DNA of 64,000 nt from an uncultured Gemmatimonadales bacterium (GCA_963748815.1 CAVVKJ010000010.1:288001-352000); one strand, 5' to 3'; positions 1-11,977 are shown, numbered from the stretch's first letter. Numbers and translations are program-made. The notes: generated from the letters alone by a model not told the origin.

Positions 1-149
1 CTGATCGTGGTCGGGGTCGGGAGGTCGAGGCGCCGAAACTGTGATTGATCGGTGGTCGGGGGCGGGACGGGCTTCGGTGGCGTGGCGGGGGTTTGGGCCG
101 CCAACGGGGCCGCCAAGAGAGCTGTAATGACGAACAGGCCTGCGCGCAC
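1..149 (-). CDS. 5' end of a secreted protein, probably M1-family metallopeptidase (runs off window)
   Basis: Read by hand: GTG at 149 with GGGAG SD at 156-160. MRAGLFVITALLAAPLAAQTPATPPKP...QFRRLDLPTPTTI has a signal peptide; the LDLPTP motif resembles M1 peptidase N-termini. Confidence 0.55.
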   Translation of the reverse strand, partial: MRAGLFVITALLAAPLAAQTPATPPKPVPPPTTDQSQFRRLDLPTPTTI

Positions 150-230
150 GGGACGCTCCCTGAGGTCGAGGTTGTCGGGGGTCGGGGGCGGGTCGATATT
201 TCCGCCTCACCTCACCTACGGGATGACGGC

Positions 231-2342
231 ATGATCCGTTTCCGATTCGTTCTGCTGCTGCTGCTGCTCCTGCCTTCCGGTGTCATGGCGCAATCGCTCG
301 CCGGGTTCAGCGCCGCGGATGCGGACCGTCAGCGGGCGCTGGAACGGATCATGGACACCGTCGTCACCGCGGCCAGCGTGCGGGATGACTCCCGGACGCT
401 GTCCGCGGTCCCCCACGTTGCCGGCACCTCCGCCCAGCGGCGCACCGCGCAGTACGTGAACAATGAACTCGCCGCGGCGGGATTCGACACCTCGAGCGTG
501 TCGTTCCGCGTGTACATCCCGTTCCAGGACTCGGCGGTCGTCGAGCTCGTCCACCCCGTGCGCAAGCGGTTCGCGCTCCAGGAGCCGGCGCTCCGGGAGG
601 ATCCCTCGACGCATGGCACCATCTGGCCCGCCATGAACGGCTACAGCGGGGTGGGGGACGTCTCCGGCTCGGTCGTCTACGTGAACTACGGCCTGCCGGC
701 GGACTACGTTCAACTCGATTCGATGGGTGTCTCGGTGCAGGGGAGGGTAGTGATCGCACGGTATGGACGGTCGTATCGCGGGATCAAGGCCCGCGAGGCC
801 GAGGCGCACGGGGCGGCGGCGTTGCTGCTGTACTCGGATCCCCAGGACGACGGCTACTTCGTCGGCCCGACATACCCGGCCGGTCCCATGCGGCACCCCG
901 ACTCCCCGCAACGGGGAAGCCTTGGCGACGGCAACACCCGGGGCGATCTGTCGACACCCGGCTGGCCGTCCACGGATGAGGCGAGGCGCCTCCCCCAGGA
1001 TTCGATTTCCGGGCCGAGAATCCCCGTGGTGCCGATCGGATATCGCAACGCGCAGGCCATGCTCCAGCCGCTCGAGGGCCCGGAAGTCCCGCAGTCGTGG
1101 CAGGGGGGGCTGCCCTTCCGCTACCGGGTCGGCGGGGGCGACGTCGTCGCCCGCGTCGCCGTGTGGGCCCAGCGTGGGGAGGCCGCCTACAAGACGATCA
1201 CCAACACCATCGCCGTCCTGCGCGGCAGCACCTGGCCCGATCGGTGGGTCATGGCGGGCGGGCATCGCGACGCCTGGGGTCCCGGCGCCGCCGACAACGT
1301 GAGCGGCGTCTCCACGATCCTCGAAGCGGGGCGGGCCATCGGCGCAGCGGCCTCGGCCGGCTACGGCCCCAGGCGGACGATCGTCCTGGCGACGTGGGAC
1401 GGCGAGGAATGGGGGTTGCTCGGATCCGTGGAGTACGTCGAGCTGATGGCGGACACCCTCCGCGACCGTGCGATCGGCTACCTCAACCTCGATGTCAGCG
1501 CCAACGGCCGGAACTTCCACGCCGCCGGCACCGCGTCGTTGCGGGCGTTCGTCCGCGAACTGGCGACCGCCGCCGAACAGCCGGGCGACACGGTCTCCGT
1601 CTACGATGCATGGCGCCGGGACACCCGCCGCGCCGACTCCGCGTCGGTGCCCTTCGGCGACCTGGGCGGCGGGAGCGACTTCGCGGGGTTCTACAATGTG
1701 CTCGGCATCCCCTCCTTCGATTTCGGCTTCGGCGGGCGCTACGGCGTCTACCACTCGGCCTACGACTCGTTCAACTGGATGGACCGGTACGGCGACCCGG
1801 GGTTCCTGAGCCACGCCGCGGCGGCGCGCATGTCGGCGATCGCGTTGACCCGCCTTGCCAATGCCGACCTGCTCCCCTACGACTACGCGGAATTCGGGCG
1901 GGCCCTCGGTGAGCTGGTGGCGACGCGCCGGGCACAGGCCTCGGCCGCCGGTATGGCGCTCTCGGGATGGTCCGAATTGGACAGTGCCGTCGCGCGCCTG
2001 GTGCGCGCGGGCGAATCGGTGACCGGCGGCGTCAGCCCCGCGTCGCGGCGGCCACCGACCCCGGTGGCGCTGGCCGCGGCCAACGATTCCCTCCGCCTGG
2101 CGGAACGGGCCTTCGTCCGGCCGGAGGGGATTCCCGGCCGGCCCTTCTACCTGCACGTGCTGTTCGCGCCTGGACGGGACGACGGGTACGGCGCGGTCGG
2201 GCTGCCGGGGCTGGAGGGGGCCATTGTGGATGGGGATGCCGCGCTGGCGGGCGCCGAGCTGGTCGACCTGACCGACCGAACGAACAAGGCCGCCGCCCTG
2301 GTGGAAGGCGCGGCGGCTGTTCTGGGTGCGTCGCGGCCCTAG
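231..2342 (+). CDS. M28 family peptidase (glutamate carboxypeptidase II-like; PA domain, TfR-like dimerisation domain)
   Basis: Signal peptide [11 protein letters not shown]; motifs [43 protein letters not shown]. Start chosen at ATG 231. Confidence 0.9.
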   Translation: MIRFRFVLLLLLLLPSGVMAQSLAGFSAADADRQRALERIMDTVVTAASVRDDSRTLSAVPHVAGTSAQRRTAQYVNNELAAAGFDTSSVSFRVYIPFQDSAVVELVHPVRKRFALQEPALREDPSTHGTIWPAMNGYSGVGDVSGSVVYVNYGLPADYVQLDSMGVSVQGRVVIARYGRSYRGIKAREAEAHGAAALLLYSDPQDDGYFVGPTYPAGPMRHPDSPQRGSLGDGNTRGDLSTPGWPSTDEARRLPQDSISGPRIPVVPIGYRNAQAMLQPLEGPEVPQSWQGGLPFRYRVGGGDVVARVAVWAQRGEAAYKTITNTIAVLRGSTWPDRWVMAGGHRDAWGPGAADNVSGVSTILEAGRAIGAAASAGYGPRRTIVLATWDGEEWGLLGSVEYVELMADTLRDRAIGYLNLDVSANGRNFHAAGTASLRAFVRELATAAEQPGDTVSVYDAWRRDTRRADSASVPFGDLGGGSDFAGFYNVLGIPSFDFGFGGRYGVYHSAYDSFNWMDRYGDPGFLSHAAAARMSAIALTRLANADLLPYDYAEFGRALGELVATRRAQASAAGMALSGWSELDSAVARLVRAGESVTGGVSPASRRPPTPVALAAANDSLRLAERAFVRPEGIPGRPFYLHVLFAPGRDDGYGAVGLPGLEGAIVDGDAALAGAELVDLTDRTNKAAALVEGAAAVLGASRP

Positions 2343-2918
2343 AGGCGCGGGAGCGTGACGCCGACCTGGCCCTGGTACTTGCCGGCCTTGTCCTTGTAGC
2401 TGACCTCGCACTCGTCGTCGGCGTCCGCCTCGAAGAAGAGCACCTGGCAGATGCCCTCGTTGGCATAGACCCGGGCGGGGAGCGGAGTCGTGTTGCTGAT
2501 TTCGAGCGTGACGAAGCCTTCCCACTCCGGCTCGAACGGCGTCACGTTGGTGATGATGCCGCAGCGGGCATAGGTGGACTTGCCGACGCAGATCGTCAGG
2601 ACGTTCCGGGGAATCCGGAAATATTCGATGGAGCGGGCGAGGGCGAAGCTGTTCGGCGGCACGATGCAGCTCTCCCCTTCGAACTCGACGAAGCTGCGGG
2701 CGTCGAAGTGCCTTGGGGTCGACGATGGCCGACAGCGCGTTGGTGAAGATCTTGAACTCAGGCGCCACCCGCATGTCGTAGCCGTAGGACGACACGCCGT
2801 ACGAAATGACCTGCCGGCCCTGGGCGTCCGTCTGGCGGACCTGTCGGTCCTCGAACGGTTCGATCATCGCGTGTTCGCGGGCCATGCGGCGAATCCAGCG
2901 GTCGGACTTGATGGACAT
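2339..2918 (-). CDS. dcd: dCTP deaminase (one apparent +1 error near 2710)
   Basis: [10 protein letters not shown]...[10 protein letters not shown] joins PPNSFAL...GKSTYARCG...EPEWEG...YQGQ after removing one base. Confidence 0.92.
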
Positions 2919-2955
2919 GACGAGCCTTGCCTCGGAGTGGGAGAAATCGCCGGGA

Positions 2956-2985
2956 AAGGTACCCGGCGCCGGGGCCTCGCCGCAA
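2956..2985 (-). promoter_or_regulatory. sigma70-type promoter of dcd (TTGCGG-18-TACCTT)
   Basis: Hexamers on the minus strand upstream of dcd, back-to-back with the nuo promoter. Confidence 0.45.
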
Positions 2986-3016
2986 CGCCTAGGTGCGCTT
3001 CGGGTCACGACTTGGG

Positions 3017-3044
3017 TTGACCTCGGTGAGGCCTCTGTTAACTT
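3017..3044 (+). promoter_or_regulatory. sigma70-type promoter of nuo operon (TTGACC-16-TAACTT, extended TG)
   Basis: TTGACC 3017-3022, TG 3036-3037, TAACTT 3039-3044. Confidence 0.6.
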
Positions 3045-3085
3045 TGTGTCGCTCTTCGGCCCAGCCCTTGTCCGGATGGTGCGCC

Positions 3086-3466
3086 CTGAACCTCACGCCC
3101 TACATCCCGCTGCTGTTCATCCTGGCCATCGTCGCCATCACGGCGGTCGCCATGCTCGGCCTGTCGCACGGTCTCGGCTTCCTGCTGGGCACCCGCCGCA
3201 AGACCGCCGTGAAGCAGTCGCCCTACGAGTCCGGGATGCCGGTGCTCGGCGACGCCCGGGAACGATTTTCCGTCAAGTTCTACCTCGTCGCCATGCTCTT
3301 CATCCTCTTCGACATCGAAACCGTCTTCATGGTCCCGTGGGCGGTGGCCTTCCAGCAGATGATCGCCGACCGGCTCTTCCTCCTGGTCGAGATGCTGGTC
3401 TTCGTGCTGATCCTCGCCGTCGGGTACCTCTACGTCTGGAAGCGGGGAGCGCTCCAATGGGATTGA
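3086..3466 (+). CDS. nuoA: NADH-quinone oxidoreductase subunit A (start uncertain: CTG 3086 or TTG 3068)
   Basis: [35 protein letters not shown]. Confidence 0.93.
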   Translation: MNLTPYIPLLFILAIVAITAVAMLGLSHGLGFLLGTRRKTAVKQSPYESGMPVLGDARERFSVKFYLVAMLFILFDIETVFMVPWAVAFQQMIADRLFLLVEMLVFVLILAVGYLYVWKRGALQWD

Positions 3467-4080
3467 CCGTGCCCGAGGCGGGACCCCAGGTCGCCGAGAT
3501 GAGCGGGGAGTCGCCGAACTGGGTGACGGCCCGTCTCTCCGACCTCGTCAACTGGTCCCGCACCCGTTCCCTCTGGCCGATGCCCTTCGGCACCGCCTGC
3601 TGCGCCATCGAGTTCATGGCGACCGCCGCGGTCGCGCTACGACATCTCGCGCTTCGGCATGGAGCGCCAGAGGTTCTCGCCCCGCCAGGCCGACGTCCTC
3701 ATCTGCGCCGGCCGCGCTGCCGTTCAAGCTGGCGCCCGTCATCCGCCGCATCTGGGACCAGATGCCCCAGCCGAAGTGGTCCATCTCGATGGGCGCCTGC
3801 GCCTCCTCCGGCGGCATCTTCGACAACTACGCGATGGTGCAGGGCATCGACACCATCATCCCGGTGGACGTCTACGTGCCCGGCTGCCCGCCGCGGCCGG
3901 AAGGCCTGCTCTACGCGCATCTTCCTGCTCCAGAAGAAGATCCAGGGCGAGAGCCTGACCGACCAGTCGCTGCGCATCGAGCGGACGGTGGGCCCCGACG
4001 GGCTCTTCCGCGCGCCGGCCGTGATCGACGAGGTCTCGGAGCCGTTCGGCAACTCCGTGCACCAGACCCGCTCCTCATGA
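3457..4080 (+). CDS. nuoB: NADH-quinone oxidoreductase subunit B (3 apparent +1 errors near 3630, 3716, 3918)
   Basis: [34 protein letters not shown] found across frames. Confidence 0.93.
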   Translation: MGLTVPEAGPQVAEMSGESPNWVTARLSDLVNWSRTRSLWPMPFGTACCAIEFMATAAVALRHLALRHGAPEVLAPPGRRPHLRRPRCRSSWRPSSAASGTRCPSRSGPSRWAPAPPPAASSTTTRWCRASTPSSRWTSTCPAARRGRKACSTRIFLLQKKIQGESLTDQSLRIERTVGPDGLFRAPAVIDEVSEPFGNSVHQTRSS

Positions 4081-4701
4081 CGGCCGCCACCGTGTCGCCG
4101 TCCGTTGCCGCGCTCCGGGCCCGGTTCGGCGCCGGCATCCTCCGGGATCGGGTGCTCTGCGGCGACACCATCGTCTGGGTCGCGCCCGACCAGGCGCACG
4201 CCATCCTCGCCTGGCTGCGCGATGAGCCGGCCCAGGAGTTCGACTACCTCACCGACGTCACCGCCGTCGAGTACCGCGACGGCGAGCTCCCGCTGGAGGT
4301 CGTCTACCAGTTGCGCTCGCTCGGGCGCCGCGCCGACCTCCGCGCTCAAGGTGGAGCTCGACAAGGCGCAGCCGCTGGAGGTCGAGAGCGTCAGCGACCT
4401 CTGGACGGGCGCCAACTGGCTGGAGCGCGAGGTGTTCGACATGTTCGGCATCACCTTCCGCGGCCATCCCGACCTCCGCCGGATCCTGATGTGGGAGACG
4501 TACGCCGAGGGGTTTCCGCTCCGGAAGGACTTCCCGCTGCGCGGGCACTTCAGCCGCTCCGAGCAGACCCGGCAGGCCCTGGCCGCCAATCCCGAGGCGC
4601 ACTACTCCCTCGAAGAGCTCTCCATCGCCTCGTCGTACCGCGAGCTGAGCGTGGACATGCGCGAGCGGCTCACCCGCGGCGAGCGCGGGGAGGTCGCGTG
4701 A
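4077..4701 (+). CDS. nuoC: NADH-quinone oxidoreductase subunit C (apparent +1 error near 4344)
   Basis: [42 protein letters not shown]. Confidence 0.93.
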
Positions 4702-5984
4702 GCACCCGGACCGTCGAATTTGCGCTGAGCACGCCGGGCGTCGACGCCGCCGGCCGGGACATTCGCGTGCCGCTCGGCGCGCCCGGCGGTCCGAGCGATG
4801 ATTTCGCCTCCGAGCACATGCTCATCAACATCGGTCCGCAGCACCCCGCCACGCACGGCGTGCTGCGGCTCGTGCATCGAGCTCGACGGCGAGACCGTCG
4901 TCCGCTGCATCCCGCACATCGGCTACCTGCACTCGGGCTTCGAGAAGCTGGCGGAGTACCGGCACTACAACCAGATCATCCCGCTGACCGACCGCACCGA
5001 CTACCTGGCGCCGATGGCGAACAACGTCTGCCTGGCGCTGGCGGTCGAGAAGCTGATGGACCTCGAGATCACCGAGCGCTGCCAGGTGCTCCGCGTCATC
5101 GCGTGCGAGATGAGCCGCATCATCTCGCACATCGTCTGGCTCGGCACCACCGGCATCGACCTCGGCGCGTTCACGCCGTTCCTGTGGCTGTTCTACCAGC
5201 GCGAGCTGATCTACAACCTGCAGGAAAGCTGGACCGGCGCGCGCCTGACCACCTCCCTCACCCGGGTGGGCGGCATGATGGCCGACGTGCCGGAGGGGTG
5301 GGAGGACGGCCTGCGGAAGTTCTGCCGGGACGTTCCCGAAGGTGCTCCACGAAGTGGACACCATGTTCACCAACAACGCGATCTGGTGCGGCCGGAACCA
5401 GGGCGTCGGCGTCATCAGCCAGGCCGACGCGGTGAACGGCTCGGCTGTCGGGCCCGCTGCTCCGCTCCACCGGCGTCGACTACGACGTGCGGAAGGACCG
5501 CCCGTACCTCGGCTACGAGACCTACGATTTCGACGTCCCGGTGGGCCAGCACGGCGACAACTACGACCGGTACCTCGTGCGGCTGGAGGAGATGTTCCAG
5601 TCCACCCGCATCCTCGAGCAGGCGCTCGACCGACTGGCCGGCCTCCGCGGGGCGCCGCTGAACGTCGCCGACCCGCGAGTCATCCTGCCGCCGAAGTCGC
5701 GGGCCATGAGCGACATGGAGTCGATGATCCACCACTTCAAGCAGGTCATGGAGGGGATCCACCCGCCGGCGGGCGAGGCCTACCTGGGCATCGAGAACCC
5801 GAAGGGCGAGCTCGGCTACTACTTCGTCTCCGACGGCACCGCCAAGCCGGTGCGCTGGCGCATCCGGCCGCCGTCCTTCATCAACCTCTCCGCGCTCCCC
5901 CGCATGTGCGAGGGCGCGCTCCTCTCCGACGTGATCGCCATCAACGCGAGCGTCGATATCGTCATGGGAGAAATCGACCGATGA
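4698..5984 (+). CDS. nuoD: NADH-quinone oxidoreductase subunit D (apparent errors near 4875, 5332, 5445)
   Basis: [41 protein letters not shown]. Confidence 0.93.
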
Positions 5985-6493
5985 GCGGCTCCACGCAGGG
6001 CCACGCCGACGCGCCACACGCGCCGGTGTTCACGGGAGCGGTCGGCGCGAGGCTCGAGGCGCTCTTCCCGGACTACCCGACGAAGCAGGCCTGCCTGCTG
6101 CCGGCGCTCTGGATGGTGCAGGAGGAGCGGGGATGGATTTCCGAGCCCGCCATGGCGGAGGTGGCGGAGGTGCTCGGCCTGACGCCGGCCTACGTGAAGG
6201 GCGTCGTGACCTTCTACACGATGTATCACACCCATCCCGTCGGCCGGCATTTCATCCAGGTCTGCACCACGTCGCCCTGCAACCTCTGCGGCGCGGAAGC
6301 GGTCATGGCGGCGCTGCTGCGCGAGACCGGTTGCGGCGAGCTCGGGGCCACCAGCCCCGACGGCCGGTTCACGGTGTCCGAAGTCGAGTGCCTCGGCGCC
6401 TGCGGCTTCGCGACACCGATCATGATCAACGATGATTTCATCGAGAGCGTGACGCCGGAGCGGGTCGCCGGCATCCTGCAGGGGTACAAGTAA
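5981..6493 (+). CDS. nuoE: NADH-quinone oxidoreductase subunit E
   Basis: VVTFYTMY; 2Fe-2S motifs CTTSPCNLC and ECLGAC. Confidence 0.95.
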   Translation: MSGSTQGHADAPHAPVFTGAVGARLEALFPDYPTKQACLLPALWMVQEERGWISEPAMAEVAEVLGLTPAYVKGVVTFYTMYHTHPVGRHFIQVCTTSPCNLCGAEAVMAALLRETGCGELGATSPDGRFTVSEVECLGACGFATPIMINDDFIESVTPERVAGILQGYK

Positions 6494-7800
6494 TGGGCTA
6501 CCCGCATCCGTCCCACCCGAAGGAAACGCCGGTGCTCTCGACGCACTTCGGCGACGCCGCGGCGCGGACCTACGACGGCTGGGTGCAGCGCGGCGGCTAT
6601 GCGGCGCTCCGCAAGGCGCTGGGCATGACGCCCGAGGCCATCATCGACGAGGTCAAGGCGTCGGGGCTGCGCGGCCGGGGCGGCGCCGGCTTCCCGACCG
6701 GCCTCAAGTGGTCCTTCATGCCGAAGGGCGACGGCAAGCCGCACTATCTCGTCTGTAACGCCGACGAGTCGGAGCCCGGCACCTTCAAGGACCGCGAAAT
6801 CATGCGGTGGACACCGCACCAGCTCATCGAGGGATGCGCCATCGCGGCGTACGCCATCGGGGCGGAGCGCTGCTACATCTACATCCGGGGCGAGTTCACC
6901 GAGCCGCTGGCCATGGTCAAGGCCGCGGTGGCGGAGGCCTACGCCAAGGGCGCCCTCGGCGCCGACGTGTTCGGCTCGGGCAAGCGCATCGACGTCGTGG
7001 TGCACCGCGGGGCGGGGGCGTACATCTGCGGCGAAGAAACCGCGATGATGAACTCGATCGAGGGGCGCCGCGGCAACCCGCGCATCAAGCCGCCGTTCCC
7101 GGCGCAGGCCGGCCTGTTCGCCATGCCGACCACCATCAACAACGTCGAGACCCTCGCGTCGGTGCCGCACATCCTCAATCGCGGCGCCGAGTGGTACAAG
7201 GGCCTCTGCCTCAGCAACCCCAAGTCCACCGGCACCAAGCTGATCTCCGTCTGCGGGCACGTGCAGCGCCCCGGCAACTACGAGATCACCATGGGCACGC
7301 CGATGAACGACCTCATCTTCGACATGTGCGGCGGGATGAAGCCGGGGCGCACGCTGAAGGCGGTCATCCCGGGCGGCTCCTCGGTGCCGATCATGACGGC
7401 GGCCGAGGTGGACGGGTGCCTCCTCGACTACGAGGGCGTCGTGGCGCGGGGGTCGATGCTCGGCTCCGCCGGCATGATCGTCATGGACGACTCGACCGAC
7501 ATGGTGTACCAGATCTGGCGCCTGGCCCGGTTCTACGCGCACGAGTCCTGCGCCCAGTGCACCCAGTGCCGCGAAGGCACCGCCTGGACCACCAAGATCC
7601 TCGAGCGCATCCTGGCGGGGAAGGGGAAAGAGGCGGACCTGCAGCTCCTGCTCGACCTCTCCGAGAACATGACCGGCAAGACGATCTGCGTGCTGAGCGA
7701 CTCCTGCGCCGCCCCGATCGTGAGCGGCATCCAGAAGTTCCGGTCCGAGTTCGACGCCTACCTCAGCGGCGCGCGCCAGCCGGCGCTCGCAATGGCCTGA
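6493..7800 (+). CDS. nuoF: NADH-quinone oxidoreductase subunit F
   Basis: GLRGRGGAGFPTG, NADESEPG, GAGAYICGEE, ESCAQCTQCREG. Confidence 0.97.
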   Translation: MGYPHPSHPKETPVLSTHFGDAAARTYDGWVQRGGYAALRKALGMTPEAIIDEVKASGLRGRGGAGFPTGLKWSFMPKGDGKPHYLVCNADESEPGTFKDREIMRWTPHQLIEGCAIAAYAIGAERCYIYIRGEFTEPLAMVKAAVAEAYAKGALGADVFGSGKRIDVVVHRGAGAYICGEETAMMNSIEGRRGNPRIKPPFPAQAGLFAMPTTINNVETLASVPHILNRGAEWYKGLCLSNPKSTGTKLISVCGHVQRPGNYEITMGTPMNDLIFDMCGGMKPGRTLKAVIPGGSSVPIMTAAEVDGCLLDYEGVVARGSMLGSAGMIVMDDSTDMVYQIWRLARFYAHESCAQCTQCREGTAWTTKILERILAGKGKEADLQLLLDLSENMTGKTICVLSDSCAAPIVSGIQKFRSEFDAYLSGARQPALAMA

Positions 7801-7804
7801 TCCG

Positions 7805-9371
7805 ATGACCGACCGTGTGAGCGTCACGATCGACGGGGCCCAGGTGAGCGTCCCCAAGGGCACGTCGATCATCGAGGCCGCCAAGCAGGCCGGCGTCCTC
7901 ATCCCGCACTACTGCTATCACCCGTCGCTGCCGTCGCCCGCGGTCTGCCGCATGTGCCTGGTCGAGGTCGAAAAGGCGCCGAAGCTGATGCCGGCCTGCG
8001 TCACCACGGTCACCGAGGGCCAGGTGGTGCACGTCAACAGCGCGCCGGCCAAGCAGGCCCGGGAAGGGGTGCTGGAGTTTCTGCTCGACGAACCATCCCC
8101 TCGACTGCCCGATTTGCGACCAGGCCGGCGAGTGCGAATTGCAGGACTACACCTTCCAGGAAGGCCGCGCCGCCGGCCGGCACGACGATTATCCGAAGCG
8201 GTACAACCCGGTGGAGGAGTTCGGGCCCGACGTGCTGTACGTGCCCAACCGCTGCATCCTCTGCACCCGCTGCGTCCGGTTCATGGAGGACGTCGCCGAG
8301 GACGGGGTGCTCAACGTGTCGGAGCGCGGCGATCGCGCCACGATCGGGATCTTCCCCGACCGCGAGCTCGACCACGCCTGGGCCGGCAACGTCGTCGACC
8401 TCTGTCCGGTCGGGTCGCTCATCTCCAAGGACTTCCTGCACAAGGCGCGCGCCTGGGACCTCGATCGCACCGCGAGCGTCTGCCCGGGCTGCACCCAGGG
8501 CTGCAACATCACCATCGACACCCGCGATAACACCGTGGTCCGGCTTCGCCCCCGCGCCAACCTCGAGGTCAACCGCCACTTCATGTGTGACGAAGGGCGG
8601 ATGCACTATCGCTGGATGAACCGGGGCGACCGGGTCGAGGCGCCGCTGGCGCTCGAAGGCGGGGCACAGCGGGCGGTCGATTGGGACGCCGCCCTGGCTC
8701 GCCTCGGTCAGATGGTCCGTGGTGGCGCGGGTGCCGCGGTGGTGCTGGCCTCGCCGCGCGCCAGCCTCGAGTCGCTCGGCTGGGTGGTCCGCCTGCTGGG
8801 GCGCTACGAGGTGACCGGCGCGATGCAGGTCCCGATTGGCGAGGAGGAGCCGCTGGCCGGCGTGCCCGGGCTGGCGCTGCGCGCCGAGCGGGCGCCGAAC
8901 CTGCAGGGCGCGCGGGCACTGGGCCTCGACGCCACCTGGGCCGCGGCGGTCGCCGCGGCGGGGAAGGCGTCCCTCGTACTCGTGCTCGATGCGACGCTCA
9001 CCGAGGCTGAGGCGGCCACGGTGTCCAAGGCGGGGATCGTCGTGGTGTTCGCCACGGTGGATGCCGAGGCGTGGGCCGGTGCGGGGCTGGTCCTTCCCGT
9101 CACCACCATGGCCGAGGAGCACGGCACCTGGATGAACCGGGATGGGCGTGTGCAGCGGTACCAGCAGGCCAAGGCCGGTCCCGGCCTCGCGCGTCCGGCC
9201 TGGTGGATCGCGGCGGCGGCAATGGACGGCCCCGACGAGGTGCCGGCGACCGCCGCCGCCGCGTTCGCCTCGCTCGGCCGGGACTGGCCGGCGCTGGCGG
9301 GCCTGTCCTACGCCGACCTCGGGCTCACCGGCAGGGTCGCCGGCGCCGAGATCGCGGAGGTGGCGCGGTGA
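7805..9371 (+). CDS. nuoG: NADH-quinone oxidoreductase subunit G, short form (~520 aa; apparent +1 error near 8088)
   Basis: HYCYH, CRMC, NHPLDCPICDQAGEC, CILCTRC, CPGCTQGC...MCDEG. Confidence 0.92.
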
Positions 9372-10609
9372 CCCCGGAACTCAAGGGCTTCCTGCTCGTC
9401 GCCGGGGCCAAGACCGTCCTGGTCTTCACCATCCTGATGTTGCTGGTCGCGTATTCCACGCTGCTCGAGCGGTGGATCGCCTCCTGGATCCAGGACCGGA
9501 TCGGCCCGAACCGCGCCGGCCCCAAGGGGCTCCTCCAGCCGATCGCCGACGGCATCAAGAATCTGCTCAAGGAAGAGGTCATTCCCGGCGGCGCCAACAA
9601 GGTGTTCTTCGTGATCGCGCCGGCCATCTCCCTGATGGCGGCGCTGATGATCCCGCTGACGATTCCGTGGGCGGCGCCGATCCCCCTGGAGTTTGATCTC
9701 ACCCTCCCCGTGCTCGGCCGGTTCGTGCACCACGGGACGACCCCCGCGGCCGTCACGGTGCTGCCGATCGGATTCCTGTACGTGCTGGCCATCAGCTCGG
9801 TCGGCATCTACGGGATCGCGCTGGGCGGATGGGCCTCCAACAACAAGTACAGCCTCATGGGCGGCCTCCGGGCGACGGCCCAGATGGTCTCCTACGAAGT
9901 CGCGATGGGCCTGAGCATTATCCCCGTGCTCCTCCTCGTCGGCAACGTCTCGTTCGTCGAGATCGTCTCCGTGCAGCAGCAGGGGCCGTTCGGCTGGCTC
10001 GTGCTCCCGGTCGCCCTCTCCGCCTTCATGTTCCTCGTCTCCGGCTTCGCCGAGACCAATCGCGTGCCGTTCGACATGCCGGAGTCCGAGTCCGAGCTCG
10101 TCGCCGGGTACCACACCGAGTACAGCGCCATGAAGTTCTCCGCCTTCATGATCGGGGAGTTCACGGCCATGGTGACGATTTCCATGATGTTCGTCACCCT
10201 CTTTCTCGGCGGCTGGGACATCCCGTTTACGCATTGGGACGAGGCGGGGGGCATGGCGCAGGTGCTCGCGACCTCCATCGTCTTCTTCCTGAAGATGATG
10301 TTCTTCCTCTTCCTGTTCATGTGGGTCCGCTGGACGCTGCCCCGCTTCCGGTACGACCAGCTGATGGCGCTGGGCTGGAAGGTGTTCATCCCGATGGGGC
10401 TGGCCTACATCATGTACATCGCGGTGGCCCTCTGGGTGGTCGAGGGTCCGCTCGGGGCCACCACCCCGGCGGCGCGGTCGGGCGCGCTCTTCCTCCTCAA
10501 CATTCCCGTGCTCGTGCTCGTGTTCCGGGTCCTGGACCGCGGGCGCCTGATCCGCGGGGTCTCCGTTCATTCACCGGTGCCGGCCTCGCGGCCGGCCGGC
10601 GCGGGCTGA
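9368..10609 (+). CDS. nuoH: NADH-quinone oxidoreductase subunit H
   Basis: QDRIGPNR, QPIADGIK, SNNKYSLMGG, ETNRVPFD, RFRYDQLM. Confidence 0.96.
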   Translation: MTPELKGFLLVAGAKTVLVFTILMLLVAYSTLLERWIASWIQDRIGPNRAGPKGLLQPIADGIKNLLKEEVIPGGANKVFFVIAPAISLMAALMIPLTIPWAAPIPLEFDLTLPVLGRFVHHGTTPAAVTVLPIGFLYVLAISSVGIYGIALGGWASNNKYSLMGGLRATAQMVSYEVAMGLSIIPVLLLVGNVSFVEIVSVQQQGPFGWLVLPVALSAFMFLVSGFAETNRVPFDMPESESELVAGYHTEYSAMKFSAFMIGEFTAMVTISMMFVTLFLGGWDIPFTHWDEAGGMAQVLATSIVFFLKMMFFLFLFMWVRWTLPRFRYDQLMALGWKVFIPMGLAYIMYIAVALWVVEGPLGATTPAARSGALFLLNIPVLVLVFRVLDRGRLIRGVSVHSPVPASRPAGAG

Positions 10610-10619
10610 GGGCTTCGTC

Positions 10620-11126
10620 ATGGCGATCGGCGTGAAGGTCATGGAACGGCCGGGGCGCGAGGCCAGCTACGTGCGCGCCACCCTGAAGGGGATGGCGCTC
10701 ACCTTCCGGCACCTCTTCCGCCCCAAGATCACCATGCAGTATCCCGAGGAGCGCAGCACCGACACGTGGACCATCAGTCCGCGCTGGCGGGGCACGCACC
10801 GGATGCTCACCGACGAGCAGGGCCGCTCCAAGTGCGTCGCCTGCGGGCTCTGCCCGCAGATCTGCCCCGCCAACTGCATCAAGCTGGTGCCGGGGGAGGA
10901 CGAGGAGGGCAACCGGTACCCGCTGATCTACGAGATCGACGAGTTCCGCTGCGTCTTCTGCGGGTACTGCCAGGAGGTCTGCCCGGAGGAGGCGATCCAC
11001 GTCGGCGTGCACTACGAGAACGCCGAGTATGAACGCGGGCGCTTCGTGTACGACCTGGAGCGGCTCTCGGCCCAGACGCATCCGGTCTCGAGCCTGTGGG
11101 ACCCGACGGATCCGAGGGGGGAGTAG
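10620..11126 (+). CDS. nuoI: NADH-quinone oxidoreductase subunit I
   Basis: Two CxxCxxCxxxCP motifs. Confidence 0.96.
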   Translation: MAIGVKVMERPGREASYVRATLKGMALTFRHLFRPKITMQYPEERSTDTWTISPRWRGTHRMLTDEQGRSKCVACGLCPQICPANCIKLVPGEDEEGNRYPLIYEIDEFRCVFCGYCQEVCPEEAIHVGVHYENAEYERGRFVYDLERLSAQTHPVSSLWDPTDPRGE

Positions 11127-11681
11127 GTGGCCGACACGATCTTCATGGCGCTGGGGACCATCGCGGTCCTCGCCGCGCTCTCCTGCGTGCTCCAGCGGAA
11201 CGCCCTGGCGGCCGCCATCTGGCTGGTCCTGACCATGCTGTCGCTCGCCGGGATGTACCTGATTCTCGGGGCGCCGTTCATCGCCGCCATCCAGGTGCTC
11301 GTGTACACCGGCGCCATCATGGTGCTGTTCATCTTCGTGATCATGCTGCTGAACCTCGGCGAGGGGGTTGGTGACATCCGCGGGCCCGGGGCGAAAGCCC
11401 TGGCGCTGGTCCTGGCCGTGGGGACTGGCACCTTTCTGCTCCGGCTCGCCGGGTACGACCCCGGCCGGCTCGCCTTCGACCTGACCGGCACCACCGACCT
11501 CTCGCCGTCCGCCGTCTTCGAGTCTGCCGAGCTCGCGCGCCGGGCCGCGGAAGGGCAGGGGGTGGTCGGCGCTGTCGCCGGCCCGCTCTTCTCGACCTAC
11601 CTGGTGCCGTTCGAGGTCACCTCGCTGCTGCTCCTCGCCGCCATCATCGGGGCCGTCGTCCTGGCCAAGAGGAAGATCTGA
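11127..11681 (+). CDS. nuoJ: NADH-quinone oxidoreductase subunit J
   Basis: [29 protein letters not shown]. Confidence 0.95.
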   Translation: MADTIFMALGTIAVLAALSCVLQRNALAAAIWLVLTMLSLAGMYLILGAPFIAAIQVLVYTGAIMVLFIFVIMLLNLGEGVGDIRGPGAKALALVLAVGTGTFLLRLAGYDPGRLAFDLTGTTDLSPSAVFESAELARRAAEGQGVVGAVAGPLFSTYLVPFEVTSLLLLAAIIGAVVLAKRKI

Positions 11682-11977
11682 TGCTCCTCGGTCCCGCGCT
11701 CGCCTTCTCGGCGCTCCTGTTCTCGATCGGTGTGTTCGGGGTGCTGATCCGGCGGAACGCCATCGTGCTCTTCATGTGCATCGAGCTGATGCTCAACGCG
11801 GTCAACCTGACGTTCGTCGCCCTCGCCCAGTACCACGGCGTCGGCGGGCAACTGATGGTGTTCTTCGTGATGGCCGTGGCCGCCGCCGAGGCGGCGGTCG
11901 GGCTGGCCATCATCCTCGCGGTCTTCCGGCACACCACTTCGGTGGACCTGAAGACCAACACCCTGTTGCAGGGCTGA
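11681..11977 (+). CDS. nuoK: NADH-quinone oxidoreductase subunit K
   Basis: [18 protein letters not shown]. Confidence 0.96.
   Translation: MLLGPALAFSALLFSIGVFGVLIRRNAIVLFMCIELMLNAVNLTFVALAQYHGVGGQLMVFFVMAVAAAEAAVGLAIILAVFRHTTSVDLKTNTLLQG

Noticed and set aside
3457..5984. nuoB/C/D (also plsX, fabD, fabF, clpC, lpxD, dcd) as pseudogenes or recoding sites
   Set aside because: Core genes with intact motifs, no nonsense decay and no shared slippery motif; single-base artefacts are more plausible.
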